A DNA stretch of 64,000 nucleotides from an uncultured Bacillales bacterium (lineage in GTDB: Bacteria > Bacillota_I > Bacilli_A > RF39 > UBA660): the NCBI GenBank assembly GCA_946539445.1, contig CAMNHK010000002.1:41744-105743 (forward strand), read 5' to 3'. Shown in pieces: positions 45,031 to 52,859 of this stretch; within the stretch, counting starts at the first letter, position 1; each line of letters starts with the position of its first letter. The position numbers and the translations under genes were made by a program. The notes under the pieces were generated by a model. It was given only the letters and a program-made list of their open reading frames with translations. It did no database searches and was not told where the DNA came from.

Positions 45031-45069
45031 AAACATTTGTTTGACATTTTACAGCAACCATGGTAAACT
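45031..45069 (+). promoter_or_regulatory. lexA promoter with a degenerate second LexA box over the -35
   Basis: TTGACA (45041-45046), a 17-nt spacer, then TGgTAAACT (-10 at 45064-45069). AAACATTTGTTT (45031-45042) is a 2-mismatch GAAC-N4-GTTC overlapping the -35. Confidence 0.6.
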
Positions 45070-45090
45070 GAAAACATAAGGAGGGATTCT

Positions 45091-45708
45091 ATGGAAAAAT
45101 TAACTGGAAGACAAGCCTTTATTTTAGAAGTTTTAAAGAAATTAATTGCCGAAAATGGATACCCACCTACGGTTCGAGAAATTGGTGAAAAAGCTCACCT
45201 ATCTTCTCCTGCAACCATCCATTTTCATTTGAAAAAACTAGAAGAAAAAGGATATATAAAAAAGGGAGACAATAAAAACAGAACCATTGAAATACTAGTT
45301 CCAAATGAATATTTAGAGCAAAACGAAAACGTGGTAGATGTTCCACTACTAGGAAAAGTAACAGCTGGTACCCCTATTGAAGCAATAGAGACTCCAGATG
45401 AATACTTCAGTCTTCCTACCAATCTGATTACTACCAAAAACGAAGTATTTACATTAAGAGTTAGTGGAGAGTCTATGATTAACGTAGGAATATATGATGG
45501 GGACATATTAATTGTAGAAAGACAAAACACCGCAAGAAATGGAGAAACCGTAGTAGCTATGAACAGCAATAATGAAGCAACGGTTAAAACTTTCTACAAA
45601 GAAAATGGATACTTCCGTTTGCAACCAGAAAATGATACCATGGATCCAATTATTCTAAAAGAAGTAACCATTCTTGGAAAAGTAATTGGTCTATACCGAA
45701 AGTTATAA
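45091..45708 (+). CDS. lexA: SOS repressor LexA
   Basis: 205 aa. Winged-helix N-terminus (LTGRQAFILEVLKKLIAENGYPPTVREIG) and an S24 peptidase C-terminus with V-S-G-E-S-M and V-K-T-F. Confidence 0.97.
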   Translation: MEKLTGRQAFILEVLKKLIAENGYPPTVREIGEKAHLSSPATIHFHLKKLEEKGYIKKGDNKNRTIEILVPNEYLEQNENVVDVPLLGKVTAGTPIEAIETPDEYFSLPTNLITTKNEVFTLRVSGESMINVGIYDGDILIVERQNTARNGETVVAMNSNNEATVKTFYKENGYFRLQPENDTMDPIILKEVTILGKVIGLYRKL

Positions 45709-45737
45709 AAAAAAGACTAGAAACTAGTCTTTTTTTG
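45707..45737. terminator. Bidirectional terminator shared by lexA and the 393-aa gene
   Basis: AAGACTAG-AAA-CTAGTCTT hairpin flanked by an A-run and a T-run. It overlaps the stop of the convergent 393-aa ORF. Confidence 0.75.
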
Positions 45738-46898
45738 TGTCTCATAATCTTTTAATAATTCTGCTTTACCTTTTAAATGAAATTCCATGTTCTCACCTTG
45801 AACAAATGATTCACGAACACAATCCATATTCCTAGAATGTCTCATCAATTCTAAAAAAGTATAAATAAGACGTTCACTCTTATGTTCACTAATAATATCC
45901 TGTTTTTCAACAAAACGGGAAACCATTCCTTTGGTATGAATATAATCTAAAACCTTATCACTTCTGTCTCCTGATTCATATAAGAAATCAAGTTCTTTTT
46001 GATCCTCCTCACTATATCCAGAAAAACTATCTGCAATACTAGAAGATAATTGTTCATGATAAGGATAATTAAAGATTTGCAAAGTGGGAACAACAATATC
46101 CTGAATTTGTTGATCGTACAAATAATCTAAAAACAAACTAATTCCAATAATAAAATCTGAAGAAACATACTTATTTCGAAGAAACTTTCTTAGTGATTGA
46201 AGACTCTCTTTTATTTCTGGATCTTTCATAGGATGAAGGGACTGTATTCCATAAATATAACAAGTTGGTCTTTCCTTTTCCTTAACAAGAGCAAAATGAA
46301 TAGCAGGAAAGTCATAGTCCTTAGGAGAATCAAAAATATCTTCACAATTTTTTCGAATCGAAAAAACAATATTTTGATTGGTTTCAAACCAATCGTCATT
46401 TTCATGAATCCGATAGGCCAAAACCTCTTGATTAGAAAGTCTCTTTATTTCTAGATAATTCGGAAAAATAGAATCATTTTTCAAAAACACGATTTGTTTG
46501 CGCAAAAAATTTTCCACATTTAAAATATCTTCTACTCCCATACGTAACCAAATACTACGAATAAAATGATCCGCATCTTGCAGCTTTCGATTTTTTCTCT
46601 TTGAATAAATAGTAATCATTTCTTCTAATAAAGAAAAAAACTCTTTTGAATTAGGAACACAAATAAAAATAGAATCTTCTCCTCGCTCATACTCTTCTCG
46701 AATACTCTTTAAATAATCAAGAGATTTTCTTCCTTTCATCCATAAATCTCCCTTTAAAGTTTTTAATTGTTCTTCCATTTCATTTATTGTTTCCCTATCA
46801 AAAACAAACTTAATATAGGGAGTAAAAAATTCCCAACTCAAGAAATCCGCAATGGTTTTTACAAGAAAAGTCATTTCCATATTCATCCTACCATTCAC
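45717..46898 (-). CDS. Cytoplasmic protein of unknown function (393 aa)
   Basis: Long ORF 28 nt downstream of tcdA on the same strand. No motif recognised. Confidence 0.75.
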   Translation of the reverse strand: MNGRMNMEMTFLVKTIADFLSWEFFTPYIKFVFDRETINEMEEQLKTLKGDLWMKGRKSLDYLKSIREEYERGEDSIFICVPNSKEFFSLLEEMITIYSKRKNRKLQDADHFIRSIWLRMGVEDILNVENFLRKQIVFLKNDSIFPNYLEIKRLSNQEVLAYRIHENDDWFETNQNIVFSIRKNCEDIFDSPKDYDFPAIHFALVKEKERPTCYIYGIQSLHPMKDPEIKESLQSLRKFLRNKYVSSDFIIGISLFLDYLYDQQIQDIVVPTLQIFNYPYHEQLSSSIADSFSGYSEEDQKELDFLYESGDRSDKVLDYIHTKGMVSRFVEKQDIISEHKSERLIYTFLELMRHSRNMDCVRESFVQGENMEFHLKGKAELLKDYETQKKTSF

Positions 46899-46926
46899 CC
46901 CTTTCTACAAAAAAAATAGTTTAAAA

Positions 46927-47631
46927 CTATTTTTTTAAAAAACTCCTTATAATATAACTAGCAATCAAAAGTCCAGCACTAGAAGGTACAAACGAACTAG
47001 ATCCAGGGGTTCTTTCTCCTGTTTTAATAGGTAATTCCCGAGAAGAAAGTACCATGACCTTTTGAGAAATTTTTTCATCTTTAACATACTTTCTCAAAAT
47101 TCTAGCTAACGGATCATTTTGAGTCTTACGAATATCAACAATTTCTAATTGACTAGGATCTAATTTATTACCCGTTCCCATACTACTAATAAATGGTATG
47201 TTTTTCTCTAAACATAAACGAATAATTTCTTTTTTAGTAGATACCGTATCACAAGCATCTACGAAATAATCAACTGAATTTTCAAATAAAACTTCTATGT
47301 TATGAGAATCAATAAATTGATCAATTTTAATAATCTTACAATCACGATTAATATCTTTAATTCTTTCTTCCAATACATCTACTTTTTTTCTTCCAATAGT
47401 AGACTCTAACGCAATAATTTGACGATTGATATTGGTCTCATCAATAATATCATAATCCACCAAAATAAGAGTCCCTACTCCGCTTCGAGCCAAAGCCTCA
47501 CAAACATACCCTCCAACTCCTCCACAGCCTAATATTAAAACACTTTTATGAGTTAGAGAAAGAAGAGCATCCTCTCCTATGATTTTTTCAAAACGTTGAA
47601 ATCTATGCAACTTGGGAGTGTTCATTTTCAT
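46927..47631 (-). CDS. tcdA: tRNA threonylcarbamoyladenosine dehydratase TcdA (ThiF/E1-like, YrvM)
   Basis: ILGCGGVGGYVCEALARSGVGTLILVDYDIIDETNINRQ matches the TcdA/CsdL Rossmann region. ~234 aa. Confidence 0.85.
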   Translation of the reverse strand: MKMNTPKLHRFQRFEKIIGEDALLSLTHKSVLILGCGGVGGYVCEALARSGVGTLILVDYDIIDETNINRQIIALESTIGRKKVDVLEERIKDINRDCKIIKIDQFIDSHNIEVLFENSVDYFVDACDTVSTKKEIIRLCLEKNIPFISSMGTGNKLDPSQLEIVDIRKTQNDPLARILRKYVKDEKISQKVMVLSSRELPIKTGERTPGSSSFVPSSAGLLIASYIIRSFLKK

Positions 47632-48418
47632 CCTTCTTTTTAATAAACTGTTTTTGTCTTTGAGACTGAGATTGAATTAAAGTTAATGGCTGATCATAAA
47701 TAATTTTATGAATATAAGAAATGGTTGTATAAATACGAGCATTCGATTTAGCCATTTCATAATATTTTTTTAAATGACGATAATCTCTAGTATTAATAGC
47801 TTCCATAGCTCTAAGAGTATCTTGAAGACTATCTTCTGGAATAGAATGATCCGAAAGAACCGTACATTCAAAATGGTTCATAAAGTCAATCGTATCACTT
47901 AAATCAGCAATTCCCGCTTTTTGAAATAATTGTGGCCATAAAGCAGAATTCTTTTCTTCCCGAACAATTTTTTGTAAATGAGCAATTTTTTCATCCGTTA
48001 AATGATCTTTAATACCCAAATCTTCAAAAGAAACATATCGACCTCTTTGTTTTACTCCAGGAATTTCTTTACGAAGATCCGTAATTGCTTTTCCATATAA
48101 TTTATCTAAACTAGTATTAACCTTTTTAGGTGGTTGTTTTACTTCATAAACATCATAAAAATGGGAATTATTTTCTTGTTTGGTTGTTACTAAAAAGTTT
48201 CTAGGATACAAAATGGATTTACTTCGAATGAAATCCGTAGGAGCATTTTCTTCTTTAGAATCTCGAAAACTAGATTCCGAAAATTTTTCACGATTCACAA
48301 TAATATCGCTCTCTTTGGCATCTTCATAAAAAACACGAGAACGAATCTTAGAAGCATTCTTCAAACGCACTTCTACATTCATAACTCTACGTTTATTGAC
48401 AATCGGTAAAATTAACAT
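47603..48418 (-). CDS. Protein of unknown function (271 aa), overlaps the tcdA start by 29 nt
   Basis: Basic/acidic soluble protein with RBS AGAGGTGAGGA. No motif recognised. Confidence 0.7.
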   Translation of the reverse strand: MLILPIVNKRRVMNVEVRLKNASKIRSRVFYEDAKESDIIVNREKFSESSFRDSKEENAPTDFIRSKSILYPRNFLVTTKQENNSHFYDVYEVKQPPKKVNTSLDKLYGKAITDLRKEIPGVKQRGRYVSFEDLGIKDHLTDEKIAHLQKIVREEKNSALWPQLFQKAGIADLSDTIDFMNHFECTVLSDHSIPEDSLQDTLRAMEAINTRDYRHLKKYYEMAKSNARIYTTISYIHKIIYDQPLTLIQSQSQRQKQFIKKKDENEHSQVA

Positions 48419-48441
48419 GTATCCTCACCTCTTATCCGCCT

Positions 48442-48470
48442 ATTCTAGCATAAAACCCCTTAAAAATCAA
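48442..48470 (-). promoter_or_regulatory. Promoter for the 271-aa/tcdA/393-aa operon
   Basis: Minus strand: TTGATT (48465-48470), a 17-nt spacer, then TGcTAGAAT (-10 at 48442-48447). It sits immediately after the sRNA terminator U-run. Confidence 0.6.
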
Positions 48471-48471
48471 C

Positions 48472-48655
48472 AAAAAAAGTCAGACATAGATACGTCACGG
48501 ACAAACGATAAAACCTAATCAGAGACCAGGTGGGTGTTCATACGTTATCATTAGGATCCTTATATAAAATAAGTATTCAACACCGATAACTAGATCCGAA
48601 CTCCCTTATCGTTATTTTCGTCGGTTTTAATAGCGCCTACTCGTATCAATCTGAC
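48472..48655 (-). ncRNA. ssrS: 184-nt structured small RNA, candidate 6S RNA
   Basis: Own promoter: TTGTGA (48685-48690), 17 nt, TATAAT (48662-48667), with the predicted +1 at 48655. The 5' GUCAGAuuGAUACG pairs with 3' CGUAUCuaugUCUGAC, and further long-range helices form (ACGAUAA/UUAUCGU, GUUCG/UGAAC, GUUAUC/GAUAAC). A U7 tail follows. No ORF. It lies upstream of tcdA/yrvM, as B. subtilis 6S-1 does. Confidence 0.5.
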
Positions 48656-48739
48656 AATTCCATTATACTATAAAAAAGCATTTATCACAAGTCTTTTAAC
48701 ACTCCCCCTCATTTTTCATAAACTATCATAGGTGATACA

Positions 48740-49492
48740 ATGTTCTATAAAAAAAATCATATAACCCTATATTATGAAAAAATAGGAAACAAGAAAAAAA
48801 ACCTAATTATTCTTCCTGGTTGGGGAAATACGAGACAGACGTTTCAATCTATAATTGAATCTCTAAAAGGAAAATATACAATCTACATCATAGATTATCC
48901 TGGTTTTGGAAACAGTCCCATTCCTACAAAAGTCTTAACAATAGAAGATTATGCGGAATTAATCTATGTATGGATCCAAGAAAAAGAGATAAAAAATCCA
49001 TCGATTCTAGCTCATTCTTTTGGTGGTAGAATTACTTCCTTATTAATAGCAAAATACAATTGTAAAATGGATAAATTAGTCTTAATGGATGTAGCTGGTA
49101 TTCGTCATCATAAGATAACTACTTTTTTAAAACAATTATTTTATAAAGGGCTAAAAAAATCACTCCTTCTTCTTCCACGAAAAAAAAGAAAAGAAGCAGA
49201 AAAAAAACTGTTCCAATTCTTTTCATCCACTGATTATCAAGAAATACCGCCTATCATGAGAAAAACATTTCAAAACATCGTAAAAAAAGATCTAAAAAAA
49301 TATTATAAAAAAATATCCATAGAAGCCCTAATTCTTTGGGGAGAAAAAGACCTCGACACTCCCTTAAAAGATGCCTATTATCTACAGAAACATCTAAAAG
49401 AATCGGCACTAATCATCTTTCCAAAAGCAAGCCATTTTTCTTATCTAGACTACCCATTATTAACCAATAACATATTAAATAAATATTTATAA
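48740..49492 (+). CDS. Alpha/beta hydrolase
   Basis: 250 aa with L-P-G-W-G and the nucleophile elbow A-H-S-F-G-G-R. RBS AGGTGA. Confidence 0.8.
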   Translation: MFYKKNHITLYYEKIGNKKKNLIILPGWGNTRQTFQSIIESLKGKYTIYIIDYPGFGNSPIPTKVLTIEDYAELIYVWIQEKEIKNPSILAHSFGGRITSLLIAKYNCKMDKLVLMDVAGIRHHKITTFLKQLFYKGLKKSLLLLPRKKRKEAEKKLFQFFSSTDYQEIPPIMRKTFQNIVKKDLKKYYKKISIEALILWGEKDLDTPLKDAYYLQKHLKESALIIFPKASHFSYLDYPLLTNNILNKYL

Positions 49493-49511
49493 AAAAAAAG
49501 ACAAAGTCTTT

Positions 49512-50117
49512 TTATAGTTCCTCTAAAACAAAGTAACCATGTAAATGAGAATTTGAATCAAACATTTCACTAGCAGTAAGCCAAAGACGAACATTCAATT
49601 GAATCTTATGTCCATGCATTAAATATCCTTCTCCTACTACAAAAAAAGAATCCGCTAAAGAAGAAATCTCTTCCTCTTGAAAAGAAAAATGAACAAAATC
49701 CATAAGAATAGGATTCTCATCACAACCACATAAAATAGCTTGGTCTCGATCTTCCACAAAAACAATACGATATTGAATATCGCGATTCGTACGATTATCA
49801 ACCGTTAACAAGTAAGGTTTAGTTTCTCTTCCCTCTTCATCCGTCATAATATCTTCACGAGTAAGGGTAACAGCCGTACTAGAAAGAGAAATACCATAGT
49901 CTTGAGTTTGAATCTCTTTCATAGAATTAAATACAACAAGAGAATTCACTCGTAATGTAAAATACCCAATAAAGCCAAAAAGAATCATAAAAAACAAAAC
50001 TAACAAAATAGTATATTTTGCCTCTTTTTCTTTCATTCGACGAATGGAATGGGAAACTTCAAAAGAAGCATTCTTACGAATATCCGATTTTTGAAGTTTA
50101 CGAATAGGTTTCCCCAT
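49512..50117 (-). CDS. N-terminally anchored protein, unknown function
   Basis: 201 aa with a basic N-terminus, TM helix ILLVLFFMILFGFIGYF and a beta-rich-looking ectodomain. Confidence 0.7.
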   Translation of the reverse strand: MGKPIRKLQKSDIRKNASFEVSHSIRRMKEKEAKYTILLVLFFMILFGFIGYFTLRVNSLVVFNSMKEIQTQDYGISLSSTAVTLTREDIMTDEEGRETKPYLLTVDNRTNRDIQYRIVFVEDRDQAILCGCDENPILMDFVHFSFQEEEISSLADSFFVVGEGYLMHGHKIQLNVRLWLTASEMFDSNSHLHGYFVLEEL

Positions 50118-50171
50118 AAACCCACCACCTTATACTAAAGAGTATATCATCCTTTTATAAAAATAAAAAGT

Positions 50172-50197
50172 CAAAAAAAAAGTTGTTTTCACAACCT
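50172..50197 (-). terminator. Terminator after hisS
   Basis: Minus strand: AGGTTGT-GAAA-ACAACTT hairpin followed by T8. Confidence 0.75.
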
Positions 50198-50198
50198 T

Positions 50199-51569
50199 TT
50201 ATTCATTATGAGAATGACAATGTCCACAATGACATTCATGTTCCCCTTCACAATCATGGTCATCACAACCACAATTGCAATCCTCATCTTCCTCTAAAGA
50301 AGCATTTAATTTTTCATCCAAATAATAAATTAAAACATCTAAACTAATAATTTCTTCTTCTTTGGTACGATTATCTTTAATTTTTACTTCATTATTATTT
50401 AAATCTTCACTATTTAAAACACAAGTAAAGCGAGCATTCAAACGATCAGCTTGTTTAAATTGTCCTTTTAACCCTCTTCCAGTATATTCAGTCTCAACAA
50501 TAAAACCAGCTAAGCGTAATTCCTGTGCCAAATAAGCCGCATATTTTTTTTCATCTTCATTTACATATAATAAGAACAAATCAACACCATCAACGATAGG
50601 TAATTTTACTTCTTCCAACTCTAATGCTTTCACAAGTCTTCCCAAACCACATGCAAATCCAACACAAGGAGTTTCCGGTCCATCTAATTGTTGGACAAGT
50701 CCATTATAACGACCTCCACCACCTAATACATTATTAGATCCAAATCCTTCGACTTTTGCTTCAATTTCAAAAACCGTATGATTATAATAATCAAGTCCAC
50801 GTACAATATTAGGATTAATTTCATAAGGTATTTGCATAATATCTAAGTATTCTTGTACTTTTTCAAAACGATCACGACTTGCTTCATTTAAATACTCTAA
50901 AGTCTTAGGTGCTTGTTTCAAAATAGGATTATCACAGTCTACCTTACAATCTAAAATACGTAAAGGATTCTTTTCTAAACGTTCTACACAGTCTTCGCAA
51001 AAATCTTGAATATGTGGTTTGAAATATTCAATTAAAGCCTCTCGGTAAGCGAGTCTTGACTCCGTATCTCCTAAGCTATTAATGTTTACTTTAATTTCCT
51101 TTAAACCTAGCATTTTATAAATATTAACGGCTAAAGAAATAACTTCTGCATCACTCAAAGGATCATCGCTTCCCAAAACTTCCATACCGAATTGAGTTAA
51201 CTCACGATCTCTTCCACTTTGTGGCCTCTCATAACGGTACATCGTTCCATTATAGTATACTTTTACAGGTTGATTTGGATCTCCATACATTTTATTTTCA
51301 ATATAACTACGTACAACACCAGCAGTTCCTTCTGGGCGAAGAGTAATTCTTCTTCCACCTTTATCTTCAAAATCATAACTCTCTTTTGTAACAATATCCG
51401 TAGTATCTCCTATTCCTCTATGGAATAATTCCGTTGCTTCAATAATAGGAGTACGAATATAAGAATAATTATATTTTTCCATCATCGCATCAATAACAGT
51501 ATCAACATATTTCCATATCTTAGCTTCTCTACCATATAAGTCGTTGCATCCTTTTTGTCTTTGTATCAT
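50199..51569 (-). CDS. hisS: Histidine--tRNA ligase with a Cys/His-rich C-terminal tail
   Basis: Class II motifs are present (LRPEGTAGVVR, YRYERPQSGRDRE, GGGRYNGL). The preferred ATG at 51569 (MIQRQKGCNDLYG) follows GGAGGG. The last 31 aa are EEDEDCNCGCDDHDCEGEHECHCGHCHSHNE. Confidence 0.95.
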   Translation of the reverse strand: MIQRQKGCNDLYGREAKIWKYVDTVIDAMMEKYNYSYIRTPIIEATELFHRGIGDTTDIVTKESYDFEDKGGRRITLRPEGTAGVVRSYIENKMYGDPNQPVKVYYNGTMYRYERPQSGRDRELTQFGMEVLGSDDPLSDAEVISLAVNIYKMLGLKEIKVNINSLGDTESRLAYREALIEYFKPHIQDFCEDCVERLEKNPLRILDCKVDCDNPILKQAPKTLEYLNEASRDRFEKVQEYLDIMQIPYEINPNIVRGLDYYNHTVFEIEAKVEGFGSNNVLGGGGRYNGLVQQLDGPETPCVGFACGLGRLVKALELEEVKLPIVDGVDLFLLYVNEDEKKYAAYLAQELRLAGFIVETEYTGRGLKGQFKQADRLNARFTCVLNSEDLNNNEVKIKDNRTKEEEIISLDVLIYYLDEKLNASLEEDEDCNCGCDDHDCEGEHECHCGHCHSHNE

Positions 51570-51628
51570 AGTATCATTTCCCTCCAACAATTCAGTATCA
51601 TTATAAAACAAATCATAAGATTTCACAA

Positions 51629-52780
51629 TTATTTTTTAATAAGTTGTACTTCCTTACGATATAGTTCTGCATATCTTTCAGAACTATATCCATGTTCTTC
51701 CAAGAATTCTTTTTGAAAAACAGAAGTACGATGTTCTAAGAAAGAACGAATCTCTTCCCCTTGTAAGCCATTCTTTAAAGCATCTTCGCTCAAGAATAAA
51801 GATAAAATATCTCCATAAGCATAAGAATAGATCTCTGCAAAATCAAACTCCGATAAAGATTCTAAAACACCTGCTATATCGGCATTTTTCGTAAAATAAT
51901 TTTTAACTTTTTTTACAATCGTATCAACATCACAATCTAGATAATCATCATTTAATAAAAAATCCGGATCTAGTAAGCTAAAAATATAAGCCCCTAATAA
52001 AAATCCATGATTCAAATCTTCAAAATCAATTAAATGATCCCTTACTGTATCCCCATGAATATTATTTTCGATACAATAGTGAAAAAACAATCTCTCAAAT
52101 AATCGAGAAAATACTTCTCCATAAAAAGAAGTATAGTAATAATGATTATACTCTTCTGAATTTCCATGAAGCTGATTCAAATCGTATCCATGACCAAATT
52201 CATGAACCACGGTATTTAAACTAGTAAAATTATAACCTAAATTACGTATAAATATATCCGTATCATGATTAATAGGATTATAAATAATAAACCCAATATT
52301 ATGATCCGTCTGTCCTATTTGACTAGAATAGATATGTCCATTTTTATAAAAATAATCAAATAATTCATCTACTCCAAACTGTCTCATAAACTGATACAAA
52401 ATATCAAAAAAATCATCTTTGGAAAATTCATCTTCTTTTGGAAAAGTAAGAGGACAAAACCACATCATTTCATCTTCAATATCTGGTATAACATCTTGTA
52501 GAAATTGTTTATGAAAAGACTGATTTAATACATAATTTTCAAGCATACGATCAGAATAAATATTCAATTTTTTAATAGCCGTGCGATATTTTCCTTTTCC
52601 ACCAAAAATTTGATGACGGCTAAGATCAATAGAACTATCCCCCATACAAACTAGAGCACGATAAAGATTTCCAATATAATTGGATAATGCCAGATTATCA
52701 TTTGCGGAAACAATCGTCTTACGCATATTACAAGCTTCTTCTAACTGATGATATAAAGAATCTGGTGTAAACTGAATCAT
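51629..52780 (-). CDS. Putative zinc metallopeptidase (HEFGH gluzincin-like)
   Basis: V-V-H-E-F-G-H-G followed ~28 aa later by G-E-V-F-S (a possible third ligand Glu). The ATG at 52780 follows GGAGGAAA. Shorter than classical M3 enzymes. Confidence 0.6.
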   Translation of the reverse strand: MIQFTPDSLYHQLEEACNMRKTIVSANDNLALSNYIGNLYRALVCMGDSSIDLSRHQIFGGKGKYRTAIKKLNIYSDRMLENYVLNQSFHKQFLQDVIPDIEDEMMWFCPLTFPKEDEFSKDDFFDILYQFMRQFGVDELFDYFYKNGHIYSSQIGQTDHNIGFIIYNPINHDTDIFIRNLGYNFTSLNTVVHEFGHGYDLNQLHGNSEEYNHYYYTSFYGEVFSRLFERLFFHYCIENNIHGDTVRDHLIDFEDLNHGFLLGAYIFSLLDPDFLLNDDYLDCDVDTIVKKVKNYFTKNADIAGVLESLSEFDFAEIYSYAYGDILSLFLSEDALKNGLQGEEIRSFLEHRTSVFQKEFLEEHGYSSERYAELYRKEVQLIKK

Positions 52781-52832
52781 AGACTTTCCTCCAATTAGTT
52801 CTATATTATACTGCATTTTAAAAATTTTTGCT

Positions 52833-52859
52833 ACAAAAAAAGAGACTACATCGTCTCTT
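52833..52859 (-). terminator. Terminator after the AI-2E transporter gene
   Basis: Minus strand: AAGAGAC-GATGTA-GTCTCTT hairpin containing the stop codon, followed by TTTTTGT. Confidence 0.65.

Noticed and set aside
48472-48655. Alternative readings of the structured RNA: riboswitch or T-box leader of the 271-aa gene, or SRP RNA
   Set aside because: A second complete promoter (48442-48470) lies between the U-tract and the downstream gene, so the RNA is not needed as a leader. I saw no T-box sequence or specifier-loop features. There is no SRP domain IV motif, such as a GGAA/AGCA-type apical region. RNase P and tmRNA are far longer.
51570-51628. T-box leader upstream of hisS
   Set aside because: Only 59 nt are available, which is far too short for a T-box (~200-300 nt). 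No AGGGUGGNACCGCG-like sequence is present.
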